A stretch of 14,505 bases of DNA from Bacteriovoracaceae bacterium (GTDB taxonomy: Bacteria; Bdellovibrionota; Bacteriovoracia; Bacteriovoracales; Bacteriovoracaceae). Where the stretch lies: the NCBI GenBank assembly GCA_049599895.1, contig JBMYPC010000080.1, positions 1 through 14,505 of the forward strand, read 5' to 3'. A program made the position numbers and the translations under genes. Positions 1 to 8,400 of the stretch are shown piece by piece. Position 1 is the stretch's first letter. Each line of letters begins with the position of its first letter. The notes under the pieces were generated by a model. That model was not told the origin of the DNA, did no database searches, and was given only the letters and a program-made list of their open reading frames with translations.

Positions 1-1748
1 AGCTCTCTTGCCTTTGTCATACTCACATCTGGAGTTGTCACAGGCATATAAAGAATTTCTCCTTCATTTAGAGAAGGCATAAACTCTTTACCTAATTTTG
101 AATAAGCAAACATTCCAAGCATGAAAATGATTGTGGGAAAAATAATAAATATTTTTCTATTATCAAGCATCCAATTAAGTGCTGGTCTATACTTTTCAAC
201 TATAAATGTACTTACCTTGTTTTTCTCAATTGGTTTTAGCTCTCCTTTTAATAGATATGCTGATAATGCAGGAACTAAGATGATTGCTACAACGACAGAG
301 CCAAACATTGCAAGTGTTTTTGCCCAAGCAAGCGGCCCAAATAACTTTCCTTCACTTCCTTCTAGTCCAAACACTGGCAAAAATGTAACAATTGTTGTTG
401 CGACAGCAGTTAGAATTGCTGGCCCAACTTCACGAGCAGATTTAACGATGATTTCAATTCTATCTTTCTTGGATGCATTAGAGTTTTGAGCGAGATGAGA
501 ATATATATTCTCAGTCATAATGATACCCATATCAACCATTGAACCAATGGCAATAACAAGTCCAGACAAACTCATTACATTTGAGTCTATTCCTAAAAAC
601 TTCATTAGAATAAAGCTAATCCCTACACCGAATGGAAGAGTAAGAGAGACTAATATTGATGATTTAAAATGAAGTAGAAATAGTAGTATTACGATAATCG
701 TAATTATAATCTCTTGTCCAAGAGCCGAATATACTGTACCAATTGTTCGTTCAATTACCTCTGTTCGATCATAGAATGGTACAAGCTTAACCCCTTTAGG
801 AAGTCCTTTGCGGGCAATCGAAAGTCTTTCTTTTACATTATCAATAACTTCTTTTGGGTTCTCACCAAAACGCATGGTAACAACGCCACCAACAGATTCA
901 ACACCATTTTTATCAAGTGCACCTCTTCTAAATCCCGGCCCAATGTTTACACTAGCTAAGTCATTCACCCTTATAGGTGAATTATTCTTTACTGCAACTA
1001 CAACATTTTCTATATCTGAAATGTTTTTAAAGAAACCTTTACCACGAACAACGAACTCTCTATCGCCATCCTCGACTACTTCAGCGCCAACATCAATATT
1101 ACTGTTTTGAATTGACTTAATAAGTTTTGAGAAGTGAACGTCATAGGCAAATAGCTTATTTGGATCAACGTCTATTTGATATTCTTTTACGAATCCACCA
1201 ATACTAGCGACTTCACTTACTCCCTCTACTCCTTGGAGGAGATAACGGACATAAAAATCCTGTATTGATCTAAGTTCTGCTAGTGACTTTGGCTTTGAGG
1301 TACCTTTCTCATTTTCAAGCGTGTACCAAAATATTTGTCCTAAACCCGTCGCATCTGGCCCCATATTAGGAGTTACGCCTGATGGTAGTTCTGATGAAGC
1401 TGTTGATAACTTCTCTAAGACTCGGCTTCTACTCCAGTAAAAATCAACATCATCTTTAAAAATTACATAAATAATTGAAAAACCAAATGCCGAGGTTGCA
1501 CGAATATTTTTCACCCCAGGAATTCCTTGCATCATTACACTTAAAGGATATGTAACTTGTTCTTCAATATCTTTAGGTGATCTTCCGGCCCATTCAGTAA
1601 AAACAATTTGCTGATTCTCCCCAATATCAGGAATAGCATCAATTCTAGCTGTTTTAAGACTGAATATTGACAGCAACGCTATAAAGACAAACCCTATAAC
1701 TACAACAGCACGATTACGAATAGATAATTCTATTAAGTTCTGAATCAT
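1..1748 (-). CDS. cusA: CusA/CzcA-family heavy-metal RND permease, N-terminal ~582 codons; runs off the left edge
   Basis: Not in the ORF track, presumably because its stop lies outside the window. Manual translation from ATG at 1748 gives MIQNLIELSIRNRAVVVIGFVFIALLSIFSLKTARIDAIPDIGENQQIVFTEWAGRSPKDIEEQVTYPLSVMMQGIPGVKNIRATSAFGFSIIYVIFKDDVDFYWSRSRVLEKL, the CusA N-terminal signature. Starts 9 nt after the cusB stop. Confidence 0.93.
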   Translation of the reverse strand, partial: MIQNLIELSIRNRAVVVIGFVFIALLSIFSLKTARIDAIPDIGENQQIVFTEWAGRSPKDIEEQVTYPLSVMMQGIPGVKNIRATSAFGFSIIYVIFKDDVDFYWSRSRVLEKLSTASSELPSGVTPNMGPDATGLGQIFWYTLENEKGTSKPKSLAELRSIQDFYVRYLLQGVEGVSEVASIGGFVKEYQIDVDPNKLFAYDVHFSKLIKSIQNSNIDVGAEVVEDGDREFVVRGKGFFKNISDIENVVVAVKNNSPIRVNDLASVNIGPGFRRGALDKNGVESVGGVVTMRFGENPKEVIDNVKERLSIARKGLPKGVKLVPFYDRTEVIERTIGTVYSALGQEIIITIIVILLFLLHFKSSILVSLTLPFGVGISFILMKFLGIDSNVMSLSGLVIAIGSMVDMGIIMTENIYSHLAQNSNASKKDRIEIIVKSAREVGPAILTAVATTIVTFLPVFGLEGSEGKLFGPLAWAKTLAMFGSVVVAIILVPALSAYLLKGELKPIEKNKVSTFIVEKYRPALNWMLDNRKIFIIFPTIIFMLGMFAYSKLGKEFMPSLNEGEILYMPVTTPDVSMTKARE

Positions 1749-1757
1749 AGTTTGCCC

Positions 1758-3146
1758 TTAGTGGTTGTGACCTGAAGTTTTGGATTCTTTCATTTCTTCG
1801 TAGCCACCAAAAAGTTGTGCTTGAGCATCAAGTAAGAAGTTTCCTTCGATCACGACTTCTTCGCCTTCCATTAATCCATGTTTAATTTCAACGTAACCTT
1901 CAGATTCATAACCTGCATGAACAGTTTTTGCCTGAAAGTTCTTTCCAGAAACCTTGACCCAGACGACTTTTCTTTTACCGGTATCAATTACTGCCGTTCT
2001 TGGCACAACAAGAGGCATTCCTTCTATATCTACATTTAAAACTGCATTTGCGATCATTCCGGGCTTTAGCTTGCCTGAAGCATTTTCTATAGTAGCTCTA
2101 ACCTTTAATGTTCTTGATTTTTGATCTAAGACAGGGTTTACAAAATCTATTTCACCTACAAGCTTTTCCCCCGCAATAGCAGTAAACTCTAAGTCTACCT
2201 TTTGTCCGATCTTAATTAATGATGAATCATGTTCATATACATCCATCTCGACCCAAACATCTGCTAAGTCTGATAGTTCGAAGAAGTTCTGCCCTTCTTT
2301 AAAGTATTTACCAACAGTAGCATTTCTTGATCTAACAATACCTGTTGCGTTTGAATAAATTGTAATTTGTCTTGGAACCTTCCCTTTTTTGAACCAATTT
2401 TCAAATTGGAACCTCTTAATCCCCCAAAGTTTAAGCCTTTCAATACTCTGCTCTAACATATCTTTAAATTCTTTAGTTTTGCTTTTTGCATAACTTTTTC
2501 GAGCTAGTAAATATTCTTCTCCAGCAGTAATTAGTTTAGGGCTATATAGATCAATTACAGGATCGCCAACTTTAACCATACTACCAGTTGATTTAACATA
2601 AACCTTTTCGACTCTCCCACCAATTCGAGCGGGGATATTGCTCTCCTTCTCCTCTGACTGGAGAACAGAACCAAGTAATCTAATTTTCTTAGTCATTTTC
2701 ATCGTTGTTACAGGAAAGAAGTCTGGCTCAAAATGTTTGAACTGAGCTTTTCTTAGTTTTACTTTTGCTACAATTTCTGCGGCTTTCTTTTCCTTTGGCT
2801 TTTTGACCATCGGAGTACCATCTATAGGGCAAACATCTTCTGTCTCGCTTGTCACATCAGGAAAATCTTTACATTGCCAAATATCTTTTTCAGGAACGAC
2901 AGTCGCCGTTTTAATATCTTCCTCCTCGTCAACTTCAATCTTTGTTAAATTCATATGACATATTGGACATTTCCCCATTTCTTTTTCTTTAATTTGTGGG
3001 TGCATAGAACAAGTATAATAAACCTTCGTCTTAGAGTGTTCATGCCCTTCGTGGGTTTTGCTTAAATCACGAGAGCCTTCTTTTTGACATGAAACACCTA
3101 TAACAAGGAGAAACATTAAAAATATAACACTGATTAACTTATTCAT
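1758..3146 (-). CDS. cusB: CusB-family RND periplasmic adaptor with lipoprotein-like signal, His-rich linker and heavy-metal-binding domain(s)
   Basis: YYTCSMHPQI...GKCPICHMNL metal-binding motif; adaptor core ARIGGRVEKVY, LYSPKLITAGEEYL, DLADVWVEMDVYE, LKPGM, GNFLLDAQAQL; lies between the TolC-like gene and cusA. Confidence 0.92.
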   Translation of the reverse strand: MNKLISVIFLMFLLVIGVSCQKEGSRDLSKTHEGHEHSKTKVYYTCSMHPQIKEKEMGKCPICHMNLTKIEVDEEEDIKTATVVPEKDIWQCKDFPDVTSETEDVCPIDGTPMVKKPKEKKAAEIVAKVKLRKAQFKHFEPDFFPVTTMKMTKKIRLLGSVLQSEEKESNIPARIGGRVEKVYVKSTGSMVKVGDPVIDLYSPKLITAGEEYLLARKSYAKSKTKEFKDMLEQSIERLKLWGIKRFQFENWFKKGKVPRQITIYSNATGIVRSRNATVGKYFKEGQNFFELSDLADVWVEMDVYEHDSSLIKIGQKVDLEFTAIAGEKLVGEIDFVNPVLDQKSRTLKVRATIENASGKLKPGMIANAVLNVDIEGMPLVVPRTAVIDTGKRKVVWVKVSGKNFQAKTVHAGYESEGYVEIKHGLMEGEEVVIEGNFLLDAQAQLFGGYEEMKESKTSGHNH

Positions 3147-4338
3147 TTAAGGACTCACCTTTAACATACTTTAATGTTGCTCTCTTAATATCTCTTTTTG
3201 CTTCTAGCATTACTTTATGCATGAGGATTTTTTGTAATTTAAGCTCACTTTGAAGTAACTCAACATAAGTAGAGCTACCAAGGCCATAAGACTTAGCAGT
3301 TATCTCTCTTGAATTACGAGCAAACTTAATAGTTTTTTCTTTTAAAATACTTAATTCTCCTAAAAGTTTATCAATCTCTTTACTCAATACAGATATATCT
3401 CTATTTTTTTGCCTCTTATAGTTTTCAAAGTTTTTAACGGCCATATACTTCTCTTGAACCGCTTGCCCATGTTTAGAATACTTTTCTCCAGAGAACGGTA
3501 GAGGAAAGCTAATTTCAGCTCCAACAAAGTCTCCGTTCCCATCAGTATTTGATCTTTTTGTGTACCCTAGAGATATGGTTAAATCCGGAACATAGTTTTG
3601 CTTAGAGGCAGTTAAAGCTAAATCTTTAGCCTTTAGCTTTTCTTTTAAACTAAGCTCCTTATTATCTTTTAATTTATCTGAACTTGTTTTGAGAGACTTC
3701 CAAGGTATAGAAGTTTCTTCAACATCAGAAGTTCCTATTAAATACTTTAGCCGATCGTCTATTTGAGATAGTTCGTATTTCTTATTATTTAACTCACTTT
3801 CAATTTCAGACTTTCTAATTTGAATATCAAGAAGCGCTTGCTGAGATGTTTTTCCTGTAGAGTATAACCTTTTACTAACATTAAGGATTTTTGAAATCCA
3901 TATGTTGTTCTCTTTTAAAATCTCTAGCTCTTCGGATACTTTCCTTTTGATAATCAATATTTCCCAAAAAGCCTTAGTGAGAGCTTCTTTTTTATCATCT
4001 GCTTCAAACTGATATGCATTTGAAAGAGACTTAAATGCATCTTCAATATTTCCATATTTTGTCGTTAAAGCTATCTTCTGTGAAACACCAAACTCAATTC
4101 CAGTCATAGGGGTTTGGTCATCTTTCAAACTATCCTTAGGAAAATTCTTGGCAGCAATTTTAAACTTTGGGTCTCTCCATGATCCTTTTAATTCTGCTTC
4201 TTCACTTAAAGCTTTTGATTTAAAGTTCACCGAATCTACGCTCTCGTGTGCACTCAGGACTTTTATGGCCTTTTCAAAGGTAATAGCATTAGCTTCTACA
4301 GAGCCAATTAAGAAAAGAATAACTAAATACTTCATCAT
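3139..4338 (-). CDS. TolC/CusC-family outer-membrane efflux protein
   Basis: Signal peptide MMKYLVILFLIGSVEANA; DPKF, QTPMTGIEFGVSQ, YVPDLTISLGY motifs; operon position. Start moved from the track's 4368 to ATG 4338, which overlaps the upstream stop as ATGA. Confidence 0.85.
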   Translation of the reverse strand: MMKYLVILFLIGSVEANAITFEKAIKVLSAHESVDSVNFKSKALSEEAELKGSWRDPKFKIAAKNFPKDSLKDDQTPMTGIEFGVSQKIALTTKYGNIEDAFKSLSNAYQFEADDKKEALTKAFWEILIIKRKVSEELEILKENNIWISKILNVSKRLYSTGKTSQQALLDIQIRKSEIESELNNKKYELSQIDDRLKYLIGTSDVEETSIPWKSLKTSSDKLKDNKELSLKEKLKAKDLALTASKQNYVPDLTISLGYTKRSNTDGNGDFVGAEISFPLPFSGEKYSKHGQAVQEKYMAVKNFENYKRQKNRDISVLSKEIDKLLGELSILKEKTIKFARNSREITAKSYGLGSSTYVELLQSELKLQKILMHKVMLEAKRDIKRATLKYVKGESLNE

Positions 4339-4556
4339 TTTAATATCTCTTTTGATTCTCTTATCCACTTATCAACCTGCTTTACTTCATCTATATCATT
4401 ATCAATTAACTGCTTTACTCCGGGAACTTTATAATACCAAGGGTACACAGTTGTATTTCCATGACAGTCAAAACAAGATTTCTGAAAAATTGGCTTCACA
4501 GTCTTTAAGTATTCTTGATTTATTCTAAAAATAAAAAGCAATAGAAGAACTTTCAA
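4335..4556 (-). pseudogene. Internally deleted haem-binding-domain (Haem_bd-like, c-type CxxCH) protein
   Basis: VKPIFQKSCFDCHGNTTVYPWYYKVPGVKQLI matches the N-terminal half of the Haem_bd family. The LNF/MPP...H segment is absent and the sequence jumps to a KWI-type C-terminus. TTG start with a GGGGG RBS. Confidence 0.65.
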
Positions 4557-4587
4557 AAATCCCCCAATTAAATAGTCTTCACTTCCT

Positions 4588-4616
4588 ATTACGAGTGCCT
4601 TTTCATGTTTGTGACA
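4588..4616 (-). promoter_or_regulatory. Putative ECF sigma promoter for the efflux operon, TGTCACA-N16-CGTAAT
   Basis: Minus strand reads TTTTGTCACAAA-CATGAAAAGGCAC-TCGTAATA, with the same boxes and spacing as the plus-strand copy upstream of the sigma gene. Confidence 0.72.
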
Positions 4617-4661
4617 AAAAACTTACTTTTTTAATAAAACTGTTGTATTTTTAATTAGTTA

Positions 4662-4676
4662 TAACCCCACAGGGTA
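4662..4676. promoter_or_regulatory. Possible CsoR/RcnR-type operator (TAACCCC-ACA-GGGTA)
   Basis: C-tract/G-tract pseudo-palindrome in an AT-rich spacer between the two promoters. Resembles TAC-C-tract...G-tract-GTA CsoR sites. No csoR gene in the window. Confidence 0.35.
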
Positions 4677-4691
4677 CTTTTAAAAAGTTTT

Positions 4692-4720
4692 TGTCACAAA
4701 GTAGGCACGCTCGTCGTAAT
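4692..4720 (+). promoter_or_regulatory. Putative autoregulatory ECF promoter, TGTCACA-N16-CGTAAT
   Basis: TTTTGTCACAAA-GTAGGCACGCTCG-TCGTAATA; the CGTAAT box ends 12 nt before the sigma ATG. Confidence 0.72.
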
Positions 4721-4732
4721 AAGAGGTAGAGG

Positions 4733-5263
4733 ATGGGAAATCCATTTTCACATTTAGAAGATGAAAAGCTCATGGAGCTTTATAAGAATGGTGAAAATAT
4801 GGCCTTTGAAGTTATTTATTTGCGACATAAAGATCGAGTTTATAGCTACCTAGATAAAAGATTGTCCGATAAGAATATTATCGAAGATATATTTCAAAGT
4901 ATTTTTGTTAAGTTCCATAATTCACGACACCTATATAGTAGCAAGCACCCACTTTTAAAGTGGATATATACAATATGTAGGAGTGAGCTTCTTGACTCAA
5001 TCAAGAAGAATAAAGCTAAGTTTGTTCAGTTAAGTGAAGATCAATTGAGCGTAGAGCCAACTGAGCTTAATGACAAAATTGATCTTGATTCGAGTAAAAC
5101 ACTTTCAGAAAAAGAAAAACAGGCCCTGAAGCTTCGTTATTATTCCGAAGAAGACTTTATCGAAATCTCTAAGGCCCTTAAGACATCTGAAGCAAATTCA
5201 AGAAAGCTTGTTTCAAGAGGCATCAAAAAGCTTAAAGCAAAATTACTAGGAGAAACAACATGA
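4733..5263 (+). CDS. ECF (sigma-70 group 4) RNA polymerase sigma factor
   Basis: DEKLM...G...AFEVIYLRHK, EDIFQSIFVK, KWIYTICR (region 2); LSEKEKQALKLRYY...EISKAL...SRKLVSRG (region 4); 176 aa. Confidence 0.92.
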   Translation: MGNPFSHLEDEKLMELYKNGENMAFEVIYLRHKDRVYSYLDKRLSDKNIIEDIFQSIFVKFHNSRHLYSSKHPLLKWIYTICRSELLDSIKKNKAKFVQLSEDQLSVEPTELNDKIDLDSSKTLSEKEKQALKLRYYSEEDFIEISKALKTSEANSRKLVSRGIKKLKAKLLGETT

Positions 5264-5790
5264 TTGATCCTAATGATAAAAAAGACTTCCAAGATTTTAT
5301 GAACTCCAAAGGAGTTAATCCTCCAGAGGAATTAAGTAATAGAATATTGAGCTTTGTTCAAGCAGACTTAAACCCAGCTCATAAAGTTGTATTTTCAAAG
5401 CTTCTCGCCATTCAAGCGTTTATAGGTTTCTTGACTCTTACATTTTGCCCACAATTTAACCTTAGCTTAACTAATAACTTTGAAATTTTTCACTATTTTC
5501 ATCATAAGTTTGGAGAAAATATTTGTATGGCCATATGCGGTTCTATTTTTATGGGTAGTGGTGCCCTATTTGCGGCTTATCTTTTAAAACCTAGCGAAAT
5601 TAGAAAGATCAAAGAATCAAGATTCTTGTACTATACTTCCATATCAATAGTTGCTCTCTCGTTCTTTTTCTTATTAGGATCAGATATATACTTAACATTC
5701 GCAGCATTCTGGCTTTCAGGTTCTACAATTGGCGGCTTAGTTATATTTGAATTGAATAGGCTAATAAGAAAAGAAGTTTTCGACTATTAA
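5260..5790 (+). CDS. Putative membrane anti-sigma factor with Cys/His-rich loop
   Basis: ATGA overlap with the sigma gene; short soluble N-terminus then about 4 hydrophobic segments; FCPQF...FHYFHHKFGENICMAICG between TM1 and TM2. Confidence 0.68.
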   Translation: MIDPNDKKDFQDFMNSKGVNPPEELSNRILSFVQADLNPAHKVVFSKLLAIQAFIGFLTLTFCPQFNLSLTNNFEIFHYFHHKFGENICMAICGSIFMGSGALFAAYLLKPSEIRKIKESRFLYYTSISIVALSFFFLLGSDIYLTFAAFWLSGSTIGGLVIFELNRLIRKEVFDY

Positions 5791-5802
5791 GATTCAGTTG
5801 AC

Positions 5803-6203
5803 TCAATCATCACATAATTCACCAATGAAAAGATCAAGTTCGACATAACTGTTTTGTAACAGCTCATACTGTATGAACCCAATAGGAATTGTTTTAACTG
5901 AATAAATACTAGCATATCCCATAACTTTATTTTCTTTTATTAAAACTAAAATATAGTGACCATCTTGGGTTGTAGAATCCATTTATTTCGTACTGGCCCA
6001 AAGTCATCTCGACCTGTGATTTGTTCATAAGGACCAATCATATAACCATAGTCGTATTCATTACCTTCAATTAAAACGAACTTATTTGTCAGCATCTTTG
6101 CTACGTTCATGTCCGTATAGTTTTTAACTGGTGTAAAAAATATTTTTCTTGTAACTATCACCGTAATTATTAGCAATATAATTAAAACTGTCTTCTTAAT
6201 CAT
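5803..6203 (-). pseudogene. Frameshifted exported protein, paralog of 6228..6569
   Basis: Track ORF stops at 5946. A frame change near 5980 continues DSTTQDGHYILVLIKENKVMGYASIY...LCDD* (stop 5803-5805), which aligns with TSDGSVVIVLTKNKKVVGFVRI of the neighbour. Both share YDxGYxIxPYxxxxxRD. Confidence 0.72.
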
Positions 6204-6227
6204 TTAACTAAATCTCAAAAGATTGTT

Positions 6228-6569
6228 TTATTCTATCGATTGTAAAGGATTTTTAAGAGTGTCTGTTTCTTTACCGCGCAAGATACGAACAAAACCTACC
6301 ACTTTTTTATTTTTTGTAAGAACTATAACAACCGAACCATCACTCGTATTTCCATGCTCAAAAAGATTTCTTAACTCAGAGAAATCAACTCCATCTCTAT
6401 CCTTGAACTCATCGTAAGGCTGTATTACGTAACCTGAATCATATTTTTCGCTTCTAGGGAGCTTGGAGCTACGGATCAATGATTCCCTTATCACTTCTTT
6501 GTCAAAGCTGTCGTAAGGATCTAGCTGCATACAAGAAGTTAAAATCAATAAACTTATAACCTTAATCAT
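6228..6569 (-). CDS. Hypothetical lipoprotein (candidate immunity protein)
   Basis: MIKVISLLILTSC lipobox-type signal; ATGA overlap with the upstream DUF6973-like gene; paralog immediately downstream. Confidence 0.7.
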   Translation of the reverse strand: MIKVISLLILTSCMQLDPYDSFDKEVIRESLIRSSKLPRSEKYDSGYVIQPYDEFKDRDGVDFSELRNLFEHGNTSDGSVVIVLTKNKKVVGFVRILRGKETDTLKNPLQSIE

Positions 6570-7070
6570 TTTACTATTATCCTTAATTCATTTTTTTTGA
6601 TTGCCTCCAAAGCCTTTTGGCTTATCAAGTTTAAAAGATCTTTCTTCCCCCTAAGCTTCTCACCAACAATCATTCCCTTATTATTGTTATGCAAGTCCAT
6701 TTCTCTCTCAATTTTAGGTTGTCCTGGTTTTTCTTCATGAGCATCAAGAAATTTCTTTGCTCTTTCTTTTCCTAATCGAGCAGTAGAGATACCCGACCAT
6801 ACAAAATGTCTAAAAGCATCTACCTTATTATTACGGGCAAACATACCTGGAAAGGTTTTTGCCGTTAATTGGTAAGCATCTTTCATGCTGCGATACATTT
6901 GAAATGCGGCATATGGATCTTGCATTATAAGAATAGCTTCTTTCTTCATTTAAAACTATTTCTTCCCCATCTAGTTTAAACATGTTTCTAATTGCTGGGA
7001 GAATCTTGATTTCCATACTCTTTTCAATTCGTTTTGTAGATGAACTATCTTTACTCATATATACTTCCAA
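6566..7070 (-). pseudogene. DUF6973-like (DAFRH...DAHE...MDLHNN) protein, frameshifted near 6941-6947, 5' end degraded
   Basis: NKVDAFRHFVWSG, AKKFLDAHEE, EREMDLHNNNKG. Track ORFs 6831..7070 and 6566..6949 join as ...EEIVLNEE/EAILIMQDPYAA with a single-base shift in GAAGAAAGAAG. The 127-aa ORF from 6949 could still be translated alone. Confidence 0.68.
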
Positions 7071-7229
7071 TTCTCTTAAAGCTTTTCTTTATCTTTATTT
7101 ATCTAATATAGAAAAATACGACCAGAAACTATAGGTTTATAAAAACACCGCGATTTTAAGTAATTTTAGGCTATAATCAAAATGTAAACTCTCAAGGCAA
7201 ATTAAGAGGGTTCAAACGGTCTCAGAACC

Positions 7230-7372
7230 ACAGCACCATACAACACCATGACTTGTGGTTCAAAGTCTTTAATTTTATACACTTAAATGTCTTTCATGGT
7301 GCTGATTTTGGAGGTGAAACATGCTCTATAGAATCAAATATTTATCCAAAGAATGACGACAAAAATACTACA
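7230..7372 (-). repeat. att-like site, homologous to 11220..11307
   Basis: Minus strand 7316-7262 CACCTCCA-AAATCAGCACCATGAAAGACATTTAAGT-N7-ATTAAAGACTTT, then 14 nt, then GGTG-N6-GGTG (10-bp repeats at 7230-7249). TGTAGT/TGTCGT pair upstream at 7372-7356. Confidence 0.7.
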
Positions 7373-7447
7373 ATCTCTAACGATTTAATTTTAATGCACT
7401 TAAGGTCAATTTTTCACCATCTCAATTATTGAACACATGTTCTATGT

Positions 7448-7807
7448 TCAGTCGATATAGAAGCTTTTTATTATTTTAAAAACCTTATTTTTTCTAAAAA
7501 TAATCACTCTTTGATCATAGTCTGATGTCCCAGAATCTTGCTTTGTGTAGATCCAAGTTTCTTCAACAGCGTCATAATCCTTCACCAACTCTAGTGGCCT
7601 TCCTATAAGCTTGAGAACAACTTCGTCTTCCATGCCAAGCTTTATTTTACTAAAATTCTCTTCATTAAAGCTTTCTGCCCAAATTGTTCCTTCATCAATT
7701 GCCCAAACGACTCTCCAGAAGGCATCATTTATGCCATAGCCAAAGGTATACATATTACTTACAGTAGCCATAGAGAACATAACCGCAATCGCAAATAACA
7801 CCTTCAT
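7448..7807 (-). CDS. Exported/membrane-anchored SmpA/OmlA(BamE)-like domain protein (Y, copy 1)
   Basis: N-terminal hydrophobic segment; FNEENFSKIKLGMEDEVVLKLIGRP...WIY...IIF...V pattern; roughly 40-45% identical by manual count to 12673..13041; ATGA overlap with the upstream gene. Confidence 0.8.
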   Translation of the reverse strand: MKVLFAIAVMFSMATVSNMYTFGYGINDAFWRVVWAIDEGTIWAESFNEENFSKIKLGMEDEVVLKLIGRPLELVKDYDAVEETWIYTKQDSGTSDYDQRVIIFRKNKVFKIIKSFYID

Positions 7808-8388
7808 CCTCTACCTCGCTTTGAGAAGTTATTTAAAATTGATTTATCTCTTTTACTCCTGATATAGGGGTTCCCTCTTTGAGGGAAAACAGGCCTTGCG
7901 TTATCTATTTCATGATGACAAACCATTTTGAAAGTTGTCTCAAAATCAAGCCATCCATGATCACTCACATTATAGGCTATGGTTTTTTTCTTTGAATTTC
8001 TTTTGACATCAAGAATGACTGTGAGCCGTTCTCCCCACTTTCCTTTTAAATATCTAGGCTTCTTATTATTAAAATGTTTCTCTGAAACTGCGACTTTAGC
8101 AATCGCAGAAACTCTCAAGCCCCTTCCGTCTGTAGAGACTTCAACTGTTGTAAAGTCATAAAACTTCCACCAGTTCTTATGTCTCTGAATTGCCTTACCA
8201 TCCACTCTTTTAAATCCATCAAAGTCGACTCCTTTTGGAGTTTTGAAGCCTCCTGGTAGAACTCGAGCAACAGGCCCACCAGTTGTATCATTTTCAACAA
8301 CCCAAAGATCAATCTTGGAATAATTTTTAACACTCCCATTAATTCCAAGTTTTTTCCAAATACTTTTAAGATAAGAAAAAGTGCTCAC
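7804..8388 (-). CDS. Basic two-domain protein: unknown N-domain plus DUF3892-like C-domain (X, copy 1)
   Basis: GTG start after TAAGGG; C-terminal ARPVFPQRGNPYIRSKRDKSILNNFS resembles the DUF3892 YxRSxxD...NNL motif; about 120/190 identities by manual count with 12104..12676. Confidence 0.82.
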   Translation of the reverse strand: MSTFSYLKSIWKKLGINGSVKNYSKIDLWVVENDTTGGPVARVLPGGFKTPKGVDFDGFKRVDGKAIQRHKNWWKFYDFTTVEVSTDGRGLRVSAIAKVAVSEKHFNNKKPRYLKGKWGERLTVILDVKRNSKKKTIAYNVSDHGWLDFETTFKMVCHHEIDNARPVFPQRGNPYIRSKRDKSILNNFSKRGRG

Positions 8389-8400
8389 ATTGAACCCTTA

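Noticed and set aside
121..1110. Plus-strand ORFs 121..489, 714..959, 808..1110
   Set aside because: Antisense shadows of cusA on the minus strand.
4148..4528. 126-aa plus-strand ORF
   Set aside because: Antisense to the TolC-like and haem-domain genes; no recognisable features.
6223..6417. 64-aa plus-strand ORF
   Set aside because: Antisense to the lipoprotein, which is supported by its paralog.
7448..7807. Calling Y/Y' true bamE
   Set aside because: No lipobox Cys, duplicated in accessory cassettes and coupled to X; only a fold-level motif resemblance.
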